Below, piece after piece: positions 25,308 to 36,920 of a stretch of 64,000 nt of DNA. Position numbers and translations under genes: made by a program. Within the stretch, counting starts at the first letter, position 1. The number at the start of each line of letters is the position of its first letter. A model generated the notes under the pieces. That model ran no database searches and was not told where the DNA came from. It worked only from the letters and a program-made list of their open reading frames with translations. Source of the DNA: Mobula hypostoma (taxonomy: Eukaryota); the NCBI RefSeq assembly GCF_963921235.1, contig NC_086108.1, forward strand, positions 107,386,001 to 107,450,000, read 5' to 3'.

Positions 25308-28300
25308 CCATTATCTAAATCATTGACAAACAATGTGAAAAGCAGCAGTCTCAGTACTGACCCCTGAGGAACACCACTAGTCACTGGCAGCCAACAAAAA
25401 AAAAGCCCCCTTTATTCCCACTCACTGCCTCCTGCCTGTCAGTCATTCCTCTATCCATGCCAGTATCTCTCCTGCAACTCCATAGGATCTTATCTTGTTA
25501 AGCAACCTCATGTGTGGCACCTTATCAAATGACTTCTGAAAATCCAAGTAACTGACATCCATTGCCTCTCCTTTGTCCGCCCTGCTTGCTACTTCCATGA
25601 AGAATTCTAACAGATTTGTCAGGCAAGGTTTCTCTTCACAGAAACCATGATGACTTTGACTGATTTTATCATTAGTCTCCAAATACCTCGAAACCTTATC
25701 CTTAGTAAAAGACTCCAACACTTTCGCAACCACTAAGGTTAGGCTAACTGGCCTATAATTTTCTTTGTTTTGCCTTCCTTGTCAGCCACAGTTGCCTACC
25801 GCTACCACTTGAGAAATTCTTCTATGAGACATATCTATCCTGGGCCTTGTGAACTATTCCCAGAAACTTCAGCCATCTCTGCTCTGCTGTCATCCCCACC
25901 AGTATCTTCCTCCAGTCCTCCTGGGCTAGCTCCTCTCTCATGCCTCTGTAACTTCCTTCATTCCATTCCGATTCTGATACATATGACTTATGCTTCTTTC
26001 TCTCAAACTGCAGTGTGAATTCAATCATATTATGATTACTGCCTCCTCAGATTCCCTTACATTAAACTCTCTAATAAGATCTGGGTTATTACACAATACC
26101 CAATCTAAGATAGCCTTTCTCCAAGCTGCTCTAAAAAGCCATCTCAAGGGTATTCAACAAATTCCCTTGCTTGTGATCTGACACCAACCTGATTTTCCCA
26201 ATCCCCATGCATATTGAAGTCCCCGATTACAATTGTGTCATTACCTTATTACATGCATTTCTCCAGCTCCCTTAGTAATCTCAACCCCACATCTTGGCTA
26301 CTATTTGGAGGCCTACATATATGATTCCCATAATGTTTTTTTTAACCCTTGCAGTTTCCTAACTCCACCCACAAAGATTCAACATTTTCTGACCCTATGT
26401 CACCTCTTTCCAAAGATGTAACTTCATCTCTTACAAACAGAGCCACACTACCACCTATGCCTTTCTACCTGCCCTTTTGATACAAAGTATATCCTTTGAT
26501 GTTACGCTCCCAACTACTGCCTTTTTTCAGCCACGACTCAGTGACGCCCACAACATCGTACCCACCAATCTCTAATTGCACCATGAGTTTGTCCACCATA
26601 TTCCGAATGCTACACATGCATTTAAATACAGTACCTTCAGTCCCACATTCTTTGCCCTTTTTGAATTTTGTCCGTGGTTTAATTTAAGTCTTTGCTCTAT
26701 TTGAATTCATAGGCAATCATTGGCCTGTCCTTCCTTACATTCATGTTACACCCATCATCTACTTGTAAATTTGCTGGCTCATCCATCAGCTCTATCATAC
26801 CAGTTCCCATCCTCCTGCCATATTAGTTTAAACCACTCTCAACAGCTCTAGTAAATCTGCCCACCAAAATATTGGTCCCCCTCGGATTCAAGTGAAACCC
26901 GCCCCTTTTATACAGGTCCTACCTGCCCCATAAGAGATCACAATTATCCAGAAATCTGAATCCCATTCCCCTGCTCCAATTCTTCAGACATGTATTTATC
27001 TGCCTCCTCATTCTATTCCTATCCTCACTGTTGCATGGCACAGGCAGCAATCCCGTGATTACTACTCTTGAGGTCCTGATTTTCAGCTTGCTTCCTAACT
27101 CCCGGTATTTTGTTTTCAGGACCTCCTCCCTATGTCATTGGTACCAATATGTACCACAACCACTGGCTGCTCACCACTGCCCTCCCACCCTTTCAGGATA
27201 TTGTGTACACATTCAGAAACATCACGAACCCTGACAACTAACAATGAGTCTCAGCCCAAAACGTCAACTATTCATTCATCTCCTGAGATGCTGCCTGATC
27301 TGCTGAGGTCCTCCAGCATTTTGTGCGTGTTCCTCAAGATTTCAAGGAAGGGGTCAGAAGCCAGAATAAGAATATGGCGGAGAGAAATGGTCAGGAGTTC
27401 AAGTTGGCAGGTGATAAGTGAGACCAGCTGGAGGAGAAAGTGGGTGGGTGGGGGAGGTGTGATGTCATAAGAAGTTGGGAGGGTATAGTTGGAAGACATA
27501 TAGGGTTGATGAAGAAAGAATCTGATAGGTGAGAGAACTTGGCCAAGAGAAGAAGGAGGGACACCAGAGTGAGGTGATGGACAGGTGAAGTGAAGCAGAA
27601 TGGGGGATAGAATATTTTTACGGACTCTTCTGGACTACTCCGCCAATGCTCTCAGTGGCGCTGCTCCTACCGCTGATGTGTTCACCTGCCTAATACTACT
27701 GATGAGACCTGAAGCCAGGAGACAGAACAAAGGCAGGACATAAGATAAACACTTATTCAGTGAAACCCCCACAACTGCTAAAATCTCAAAACTCAACAGT
27801 ACCTCCGAAAGCACAACTACGTAAGTGGTTTCTGAAGGCCATTCAGGTCGTTGATAGCAACAACAAATCAGTGAACGTCACACTGGTACGTGTTGTCAGC
27901 TGACCAATAGCTGAGTTGGTTCGCTGTGAAAACTGCTCCCAGTGCTTTCCAGTTACTCACCCCTCTCTGGGTAAGAAATGTCCCTTCAGATTCTCTCTAA
28001 ATTTCTTCCCCCTTACCTGAAACCTATATCCATTAGTTTTATTTAATTCTGATACAGTATAGGATTTCCAAAGACAGCATTACTCTTAGATGGTTACGTG
28101 GAGTCTTTTATTATTTTGGCTGTTTTCCCAAAGCTGTTGGAAATGTAGACAGAATTACAGAGTCATAGAAAAGTATAGCACGTGCACTGGCAGCTCGTTC
28201 TGCACTCTCACAACCCTCATGTCCCACTTAAACTTTTCACTTTTCATCCGTAACCCTTGACCTCCAGTTGTAGTCCCACCCAACCTCAACGGAAAGAGCC

Positions 28301-29009
28301 TACTTGCATATCATGAGCTAACACACCAAAATCCTCCTAATCGCCAATTATTAGATTGTTATTTATACAGTCAATAGAGAGAAGGGAGGTCTTCATGTCG
28401 GATTAGGCTGTGTTCACAAGTCTCGCTCTCCAAACATCAAACCATAATGGAAATAAAAACTGGGCTGTACCTGTATCACTCAGCATTTTATATACCTCAA
28501 TTACGTCCCCTCTTCTGCCCGTCTGCTCCAGGTAAAAGCAGACCTGACCTCTTCACTCCCTCCTTTCTCTCTGAGAGCCTGAAAGCACACACCATCAAAC
28601 TCAAGGACATCTTCTACACCAATGTTATAAGACTATTAAATGGCTCCCTATACAGTAAGATATTATTGGCCTCTCAATCTACCTCATTGTGATCTTGCAC
28701 CTTATTGTTTACCTGCACTACATTTTCTCTGCAGTTCTTACATTTTATTTCTGCATTCCTTTCCTGTTTTACTGTGTTCTGCCTCACTACACAGTGTAAT
28801 GATTTGATCTGTATGAGCACTATACAAGACAAACTGTATTTCACTGTACCTCAGTACATATGACAATAATAAACCATTTCCAATTCTAGTCCTCTTCCTT
28901 GTTAGCATACTTTGGGGCAGAGCAGGCACTGTGGCTTAGTTGATTAAACTGTCCCTCCAATAAACGGGAGATCCCAAGTTCAAATCTCAGCATTGTCTAC
29001 TACTTAGGC

Positions 29010-29242
29010 CAATTAGTTACAATGATGTTATTACAGCACCAGCAACGGGGTTCAATTTCTACTGTGATCTGTAAGGAGCTTGTACATTCTTCCCCGTGAC
29101 CATGTGGGTTTCCTCCGGGTGCTCCAATTTGCTCCCACAGTCCAAAGACGTATGGGTTAGTAGGTTAATTAGTCGTATGTTTGTAATAGGCCAGCACAGG
29201 TTCATTGGGACTGCTACTGTGCTGTATCTCTAAATAAATAAA
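29010..29242 (+). mobile_element. HE1/V-SINE-like SINE
   Basis: GGTTCAATT B-box; TGGGTTTCCTCCGGGTGCTCC...CCCACAGTCCAAAGACG V-domain. Confidence 0.75.
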
Positions 29243-29869
29243 ATGCATCAGTCCTATGAGTGATATTTAAAGTGACTGGAATAACAGGTGTCTATCTGCC
29301 AATATTTGGCATCAGTAATTAGTTTGTTGTTGTCACATGTATCAAGATGCAGTGAAAAGGTTTGTTTGCATGTTATCCAGACGGATCATTTCAGACATCA
29401 AGGTGCTACAAAAGGAAAATGAAAGACTGCAGAATATATTGTTACAGTTACTGGGAAGGAGCATTGCAGGTAGAATAAAATGCAAGGACCATGACGAGAT
29501 AGATTGAGAGATTGTGATTTGATTGATTGTATAAGAGATCTGTTCAAGTCATCTAACAACAGGATAGAAGCTGTCCTTGAGCCTGGCGGTCCATGTTATC
29601 AAGCTGTTGCAACTTCAACTCGATGGGAGGGGGTGAGGAGAGAAAATAGCTGAGTTCAGAGGAGTCTTTGATTACTTTGGCTGTATTCCCAAAGCTTTTG
29701 GAGTGTAGATAGAGTCAAAGGAGGGGAGGCTAGTCTTTGTAATAGATGATGCTACATTCACAACTCTCTGCAATTAATACCCTCTTCCTGAATAACACAC
29801 AATTGCATCAGTGCCTAGGAATAGAAAAGGCTATAGAATAGGTTGTACAGAGCTCAGTCCACCCAGTGT

Positions 29870-30098
29870 ATGTTCATGGTCTTCAAATCACCTCATTTGG
29901 CACCAACAATCATTCCACAGTCAAAGTCTCTTCGATCATATTTCTTCCCCATTCTCATGTTTGGTCCGAACAGCAACTGAATCTTTTGACCACGTCAGCA
30001 TATTTTTATCCACCGTGCTGCTCCACATGATTGCCTGATCAGATATCTGCACTAACAAGCAGGTGTACAGGTGTACCTAATAAAGTGGCCACAGTGCA
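29870..30098 (-). mobile_element. Tc1-like transposon left-end fragment
   Basis: TIR-like GTACCTAATAAAGTGGCCACAGTG at the right end; similar to 42460-42643. Confidence 0.65.
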
Positions 30099-30561
30099 AA
30101 TAGATTAGACAGCTGGTATCGTTTTTCCCCAGGGTTGAAATGTCTAATATCAGAAAGCACAGATAGAATAAACAGAAGGAATCTTTTCCCCAGGGTCAAA
30201 ATGCTTCATACTAGATGATATGTGTTTATCTTGAGAGGGGATAAGTTCAAAGGAGATGTGCATCCAAAGTTTTTTTGCATAGAGAGTGGTGGGTGCCTGG
30301 AATGCGATGCCTGGGGTGGGTGATGGAGCCAAATATGACAGGAGTCTTTAAGATGTTCTTAGATAAGCACATGGATGTGCGGGAAATGGAAGGGTATGGA
30401 CTTTGTGGAGGCAGAGATGATTAGTTTAGTTGGGCATTTGATTGTTAATTAGTTCAGCACAGGATTGTGGGCCAAAGGGCCTGCCCTACCCTGTAGTGTT
30501 CGATAGTTTGTGATTATACCATAGATTACAGTGCTCACAAAGTATTACCTTTATCATGAAT

Positions 30562-31545
30562 CAAGGATCAACTTCATTCAGCATATACATTACATGTTAA
30601 CTAGGAATTTGCTGTGGTGTTTTAGTGTGACTTGCAACAAAAACAACAACATTCAACAATAATAAGAATAAATAATTATCTGGAAGATAGAGTTTAAAGT
30701 ACAAACATATACATAAATACCATCATGTATTTACTATGTAAACAGCATTATAAAAAGAGGATAAAGCGGTTACAGTACAGTGACTGAGATAATAGAGAGA
30801 TGGGGTATGTGGTAACTAGAATGGTTTATCAGATTAACTGCCTGGGGAAAGAAACTTTTAAGATAGCGTGAAGTTTTGGTATTAATAGCCTGATAGTGCC
30901 TTTCAGAAGGTAGCTTTTGAAAAAGGCCGTTTGCTGGGTGGGAATTGTCTGCAATGATCTTTCCTGCCCGCTTCTTTATCCTGGACACATACAAGTTCTG
31001 CAGGGACACTAGACTGCAGCCAGTCACCTTTTCTGCTGATCTGACAGTCTGTTGTAGTTTTTTGTATAATGTGAGAGAATATTGCATCAAACCAGAGAGT
31101 AATGGCTGATGTGACGGTGCTCTTGATGATGGCAGTGTTGAATTGCACCAGCACGTTCTGGGGAAGATAGAATTTTACCAAATGCCACCGGAATTATATC
31201 TTCTGACTGGCCTTTTGATATGAAGAATTATGATTCTCCCACATTAAGTCCTATGAAACAATGATGCCCAATAACCTGAATGTTGAAATGGTGCTAACTG
31301 TGGAGTTGTTGATGATGAGAGTGGGGAGGTGAGAGACATTTCTCCTGAAGATGATATGCATCTCCGTGGTTTTGCCGGCAATCAGCTCCAAGTTATTGTG
31401 GTTGCACCTGGACATCCGTTTGTTTACTTCCTGGTGGTGCTTGGATCCGTCACCCTCCAGTGATGCCAGCGGAGTCGTCCACAAACTTTACCAGGTTTAC
31501 AGAGGGATCATTAGAGGTGCAGTCACTGGAGTATAGAGAAGATAG
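30562..31545 (-). mobile_element. Older Rex1-type LINE 3' part
   Basis: NNLELIAGKTTEM...FRLLGIIVS; KLQQTVRSAEKVTG...LPSERHYQAI...KSFFPQAVNLIN. Confidence 0.8.
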
Positions 31546-31823
31546 GAGAGGGGAGAACACGGTTTACCTCACAGGAGTGGTAGGTATGCTACTTACCACA
31601 CTTAGTATAAAAAAGATGCCACATATGAGTTCTTTGAGCATTCCCACTATGAGTCATAGAATCATAGAACACTTTCCTGAGGAAACTCCACTGCACAACA
31701 AGGTAATTATATGTCATAGAGCACGACAATAACGAAACAGCCCCTTCGGCCCATCAACTTTGTGCTGAACCACTTATCTGCCTAGTCCCATCAACCTGCA
31801 CACAAAACATAGCCCTCCATACC

Positions 31824-32363
31824 CATTCCCATTCTGACATGTCTATCCACAGCCTCCTGTACTGTAAAGATGAAGCCACACTCAGGTTGGAGGAACAACA
31901 CCTTATATTCCACCTGGGTAGCCTCCAACCTGATGGCATGAACATCGACTTCTCTAAATTCCGCTAATGCCCCACCTCCCCCTCGTACCCCATCTGTTAC
32001 TTATTTTTATACACACATTCTTTCTCTCACTTTCCTTTTTCTCCCTCTGTCCCTCTGAATATACCCCTTGCCCATCCTCTGGGTCCCCCCCTCCACCCTC
32101 CTTGTCTTTCTTCCCGGACCTCCTGTCCCATGATCCTCTCGTATCCCTTTTGCCGATCACCTGCCCAGCTCTTGGCTCCATCCCTCCCCCTCCTGTCTCC
32201 TCCTATCATTTTGGATCTCCCCCTCCCCCTCCAACTTTCAAATCCCTTACTCACTCTTCCTTCAGTTAGTCCTGGCGAAGGGTCTCAGCCTGAAACGTCG
32301 ACTGCACCTCTTCCTAGAGATGCTGCCTGGCCTGCTGCGTTCACCAGCAACTTTTATTTGTGT
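31824..32363 (+). mobile_element. Penelope-like element 3' end (GIY-YIG C-terminus plus terminal repeat) with 11-bp TSD
   Basis: TSD CCCTCCATACC at 31813-31823 and 32364-32374; LEEQHLIFHLGSLQPDGMNIDF; hammerhead at 32268-32303 has the core change CTGGCGA. Confidence 0.9.
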
Positions 32364-32401
32364 CCCTCCATACCTGTACCTATCCATGTACTTATCCAAA
32401 T

Positions 32402-33025
32402 TTAGATTAGATTAGATTATGAAGACATGTAGTCCTCTTTTATTGTCATTTAGTAATGCATGCATTAAGAAATGATACATTATTTCCTCCGGTGTGATAT
32501 CACAAAACACAAGACAGACCAAGACTGAAAAAACTGACAAAACCACATAATTGTAACATATAGTTACAACAGTGCAGCAATACCATAACTTGATGAAGAA
32601 GTCCCTGAGCACAGTAAAGTTCAAAATTTCTCAAATGTCCCACATCTCACACAGACGGGAGAAGGAAGAAAAACTCTCCCTGCCATGCTGACCACAATCC
32701 AACTCTGAGTCATCCAAAAACTTCGAGCTCTGATCAGCTCTCCGACACCGAGTACTGAGCGTCATCTCTGTCCGAACGATTCGACCTCCTTCTCTGTCCC
32801 CAACAGCAGGCAAGGCTGGGGATTTTGAGGCCTACCCTCCGAAAGATTCCCAACTACACAGTAACGACAGCAGCGAACGGGCATTTCAGAAATTTCTCCA
32901 GATGTTCCTCTGTGCTTTCACATCTATTCTCCATCAAATCAGAATTGTCCACGGTCCCCATTTAACAGATACGATATCATTTTTCACCAGAGGGCTGCAC
33001 ATACGCAGGCGCGTCGCCATCTTCT
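32402..33025 (-). mobile_element. Short non-autonomous LINE derivative (AAGATGGCG start, AATAAA, (TCTAA)n tail)
   Basis: Reverse strand begins AAGATGGCGACGCGCC and ends AATAAAAGAGG...ATAATCTAATCTAATCTAA; no coding remnant seen. Confidence 0.55.
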
Positions 33026-33029
33026 CCTC

Positions 33030-33775
33030 CCTTTAATTTCTCTTAAATGTTGAAATTGAACTTGCACTGGCAGCTTATTCCACACTCTCATCACCCTCTG
33101 AGTGAAGAAGTTACCCCTCATTTTCTGCTTAAGCATTTCACCTTTCACCCTTAACCAATGACCTCCAGTTGCACTTTCACCCAACCTCAGAGGAAAAAGC
33201 CTACTTGTATACCTCAACCAAAATTCTGCTCAATCTTCTATGTTCTAGGGAACAAAGACATATCATTTTCAACCTTTCCTTAGAATGCAGGCCCTCATGT
33301 CTAGGCAACATGGTTGTAAATTTTCTCTACACTCTTTCAATCTTATGAACACACTTCCTGAGGTAACCTCACCAACATCTTAAATAACTTCAACATAGCA
33401 TCCCAACACCTGTACTCAATACTCTGATTTGTGAAGGCCAATGTGCCAAAAGCTTTCTTTATGACCCTATGTACCTGTGACACCACTTTCAAGGAATTTT
33501 GGACCTGTATTCTCAGATCCCTGGGTTCTACCACACTCATCAGTGCCTTACCACTCACTGTGATCTATTCTGGTTGGTCCTCCCAAAGTGCAATATCTCA
33601 CAATCATGAGCATTAAATTCCATCTGCCATTCCCCAGCCCATTTTTCCAGCTGGTCCACATCTCACTGCAAGTCTTGGAGGTCTTTCTCACTTTCCACTA
33701 GAGCCCCCAAACTTGGTGACATCCACAAATTTGCTGGTCCAGTTTACCACATTCTCTTCCAGATTGTTGATATAC
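33030..33775 (-). mobile_element. CR1 LINE 3' fragment
   Basis: RGNFFTQRVMRVWNKLP; KKAFGTLAFTNQSIEYR. Confidence 0.85.
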
Positions 33776-34323
33776 GAGTAAGTCAGCCATAGGAGCAGAA
33801 CTAGGCCATTTGGTTATCGAGTCTGCTCTGCTATTTCATCATCGCTGATCCATTTCCTTCTCAGCCCCAATCTCCTGTCTTCTCCTCATAATCCTTCATG
33901 CCCTGTCTAATTAAGAATCTGTCAACCTCTACCTTAAATATACCCAAATGATTTGGCCTTCAAAGCTGTCTGTGGCAATGAATTCCACAGATTCACCACC
34001 CTCTGCCTAAAGAAATTCCCCTTCATCTCTATTCTAAATGGTTATCCCTCAATTCTAAGGCTGTACCCTCTGATCCTAGACTTCCCCACCATTGGTATCA
34101 CCTTCTTCTCTATCAAGGCCTTTCAACAATTGATAGGTTTCAATGAGATCCCATCTCATTCTTTTGATTTCCATTGAGCAACAGGCCCAGAGCCACCAAC
34201 CAGGCTTCATACGCTAACCCTTTCGTTCCCAGAATCATTCTTGTGAACCTCCTCTGAACTCCCTTCAATGTCAGCACATCCTGTCTTATATATGGGCCCT
34301 CAATCTGCTAATTAAACTTCAGG

Positions 34324-34406
34324 CAAAGTTTCCCAACCTGGGGTCCACGGACTCCTCAGTTAAAGGTAAGGCTCCATGGCTTAATAAAAGGCTGGGAACA
34401 CCGGCT
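34324..34406. mobile_element. About 80-bp hAT-like MITE
   Basis: TTTCCCAACCT...AGGCTGGGAAC inverted ends; opposite-orientation copy at about 51525-51832, split by an insertion. Confidence 0.55.
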
Positions 34407-34766
34407 TTAGGGGATCCTGCAAAAGGATTCCCAAGTCCCTTTGCAACTTGGATATTTTAATTTTCTCTCCACATAGAAAATAATCCATGCCTTTATTTCT
34501 TCTACCATGCACTTCCCAACACTGTACTCCATCTGCCACTTCTTTGCTCATTCTCCTAATTCGTCTAAGTCCTTCTGTGGCCTCCCTGCTTCTGTAACAT
34601 TACCTGCACCTCCACCTATATTTGTTTCATCTGCAAACTTGGCCACAAATTCATCAATTCTGTCATCCAAGTCATTGACAAATAATCTAAAGATAAGCCA
34701 TCCCAACACAGGCCCCTGTGGATCACCACTAATCATTGGATGCCAGCCAGAGAAAGCTCCTTTTAT

Positions 34767-36283
34767 GCAACACACATCAAAGTTGCTGGTGAACGCAGCA
34801 GGCCAGGCAGCATCTCTAGGAAGAGGTACAGTCGACGTTTTGGGCTGAGACCCTTCGTCAAGACTAATTGAAGGAAGAGCTAGTAAGAGATTTGAAAGTG
34901 GGAGGAGGAGGGAGAGATTCAAAATGATAGGAGAAGACAGGAGGGGGAGGGACGGAGCCAAGAGCTGGACAGGTGATTGGCAAAAGGGATATGAGAGGAT
35001 CATGGGACAGGAGGTCCAGGGAGAAGGAAAAGGGGGAGGGGGGAAACCCAGAGGATGGGCAAGGGGTATAGTCAGAGGGACAGAGGGAGAAAAAGGAGAG
35101 TGAGAGAAAGAATGTGTGTATAAAAATAAGTAACAGATGGGGTACGAGGGGGAGGTGGGGCATTAGCGGAAGTTAGAGAAATCGATGTTCATGCCATCAG
35201 GTTGGAGGCTACCCAGACGGAATATAAGGTGTTGCTCCTCCAACCTGAGTGTGGCTTCATCTTTACAGTAGAGGAGGCCGTGGATAGACATGTCAGAATG
35301 GGAATGGGATGTGGAATTAAAATGTGTGGCCACTGGGAGATCCTGTTTTCTCTGGCAGACAGAGCATAGGTGTTCAGCAAAACGATCTCCCAGTCTGCAT
35401 CAGGTCTTGCTAATATATAGAAGGCCACATCGGGAGCACTGGACGCAATACATCACACCAGCCAACTCACAGGTGAAGTGTCGCCTCACCTAGAAGGAAT
35501 GTCTGGGGCCCTGAATGGTGGTAAGGGAGGAAGTGTAAGGGCATGTGTAGCACGTGTTCCGCTTACACGGATAAGTGCCAGGAGGGAGATCAGTGGGGAA
35601 GGATGGGGGGCACGAATGGACAAGTGAGTCGCGTAGGGAGCGATCCCTGTGGAAAGCAGAGCGGGGGGGGAGGGAAAGATGTGCTTAGTGGTGGGATCCT
35701 GTTGGAAGTGGCGGAAGTTACGGAGAATAATATGTTGGACCCGGAGGCTGATAGGATGGTAGGTGAGGACCAGGGGAACCCTATTCCTAGTGGGGTGACG
35801 GAAGGGTGGAGTGAGAGCAGATGTGCGTGAAGACGAGAGGATGGAGTGAGAGCAGATGTGCATGAAGACGGGATTTATTTATATACACACATTCTTTCTC
35901 TCTCTCTCCTTTTTCTCCCTCTGTTCCTCTGACTATACCCCTTGCCTATCCTCTGGGTTTTTCCCCCACTCCCCCTTTTCCTTCTCCCTGGGCCTCCTGT
36001 CCCATGATCCTCTCATATCCCTTTTGCCAATCACCTGTCCAGCTCTTGGCTCCATCCCTCCCCCTCCTGTCTTCTCCTATCATTTTGGATCTCCCCTCCC
36101 CCTCCCACTTTCAAATCTCTTTCCAGCTCTTCCTTCAGTTAGTCCTGACGAAGGGTCTCGGCCTGAAACGTCGACTGTACCTCTTCCTAGAGATGCTGCC
36201 TGGCCTGCTGTGTTCACCAGCAACTTTGATGTGTGTTGCTTGAATTTCCAGCATCTGCAGAATTCCTCGTGTTTACATTTTTA
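34767..36283 (-). mobile_element. Penelope-like element with inverted terminal repeats and 14-bp TSD
   Basis: TSD AAAGCTCCTTTTAT at 34753-34766 and 36284-36297; minus-strand GIY-YIG region and repeat (34767-35870), then plus-strand repeat (about 35872-36276). Confidence 0.9.
36141..36176 (+). ncRNA. Minimal type I hammerhead ribozyme, core intact
   Basis: AGTC-CTGACGA-AGG GTCTCGG CCT-GAAAC-GTC^GACT; helix I AGTC/GACT, palindromic ACGT helix III. Confidence 0.85.
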
Positions 36284-36355
36284 AAAGCTCCTTTTATACT
36301 CAGTCTTTGCCTCCTGAAAATCAGCCAATGCTTTGTCCATGCTAGTATCTTTCCT

Positions 36356-36547
36356 GGGGTGTATGGGGTGTCAGGGAGGGGTAGCGCCTCTGGTGGGGTA
36401 ACATGTCATGTCCTTTTCAAGGCGGTTAGTCCACCTTTGGTCCCCACCTGGTACTCAGCTCTCACCTGTGGCTCCCCGTAGCTGTTTGCATGCGACAGCG
36501 GCCACACCCCGGGCAACGGCTTCGACAAGCCGGCTAAACCAGGTGAG
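36356..36547 (+). ncRNA. HDV-like (nested double pseudoknot) ribozyme with long J1/2 and a hairpin inserted in L3
   Basis: P1 GGGGTGT/ACACCCC, P2 CTCACCTG/CAGGTGAG, P3 GGC/GCC, L3 TCCCCGT, P1.1 CC/GG, P4 CGGCTT/AAGCCG, J4/2 GCTAA. Confidence 0.75.
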
Positions 36548-36920
36548 GGTAGCCGACGGGTCTCAAAACCTCAGTGAGATAGGGAGTTGTCTATCCCAGC
36601 ATGTGAAGACAGACTCCGGCGGATTGAGCAGACGAGATCAATGGAAGGTCCAACCGTCAAGAAGGCGGTCTCGCAAGGGTCATGGAATGTGTAGAACAGG
36701 ACAAGACACAGAAGACAACCTGGTCATCCACTGCACCTAGTCCCATCTCCAGCCGTCTCGACTCTGTCTTGCCACTGGATCCAGATGGGAATTGGGAAGA
36801 GAGAGTGAGGCTGATGCTGTGCAACTCTCCCTCACTTAAATCCAAATGACGCGCTAGTCTCGACACCATCATAAAGGTGTCGAGGACCTCATCGACATCG
36901 ACAATGGACGAAAAACAACA
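36356..36920 (+). mobile_element. Non-coding retroposon headed by an HDV-like ribozyme (family C)
   Basis: TSD ATCTTTCCT(G) at 36347-36356 and 36921-36930; 3' hairpin 36859-36884; AAAAACAACA tail; homologue at 61940-62467 (-). Confidence 0.85.

Larger units (their letters stand above)
24178..27135 (-). mobile_element. Decayed CR1 LINE (ORF1 remnant to 3' UTR, with internal deletion)
   Basis: GDLIEIYRILKGLDR (24219-24575), YLDFQKSFDKVPH (25443-25733); EN and ORF1-like sequence up to about 27.1 kb. Confidence 0.9.

Noticed and set aside
27695..27720. CTGATGA...GAA hammerhead-like core
   Set aside because: No helix II, no GAAA, no matching helix I.
27761..27820. 60-nt exon ending at GTAAGT
   Set aside because: Good donor but weak acceptor and no recognisable peptide.
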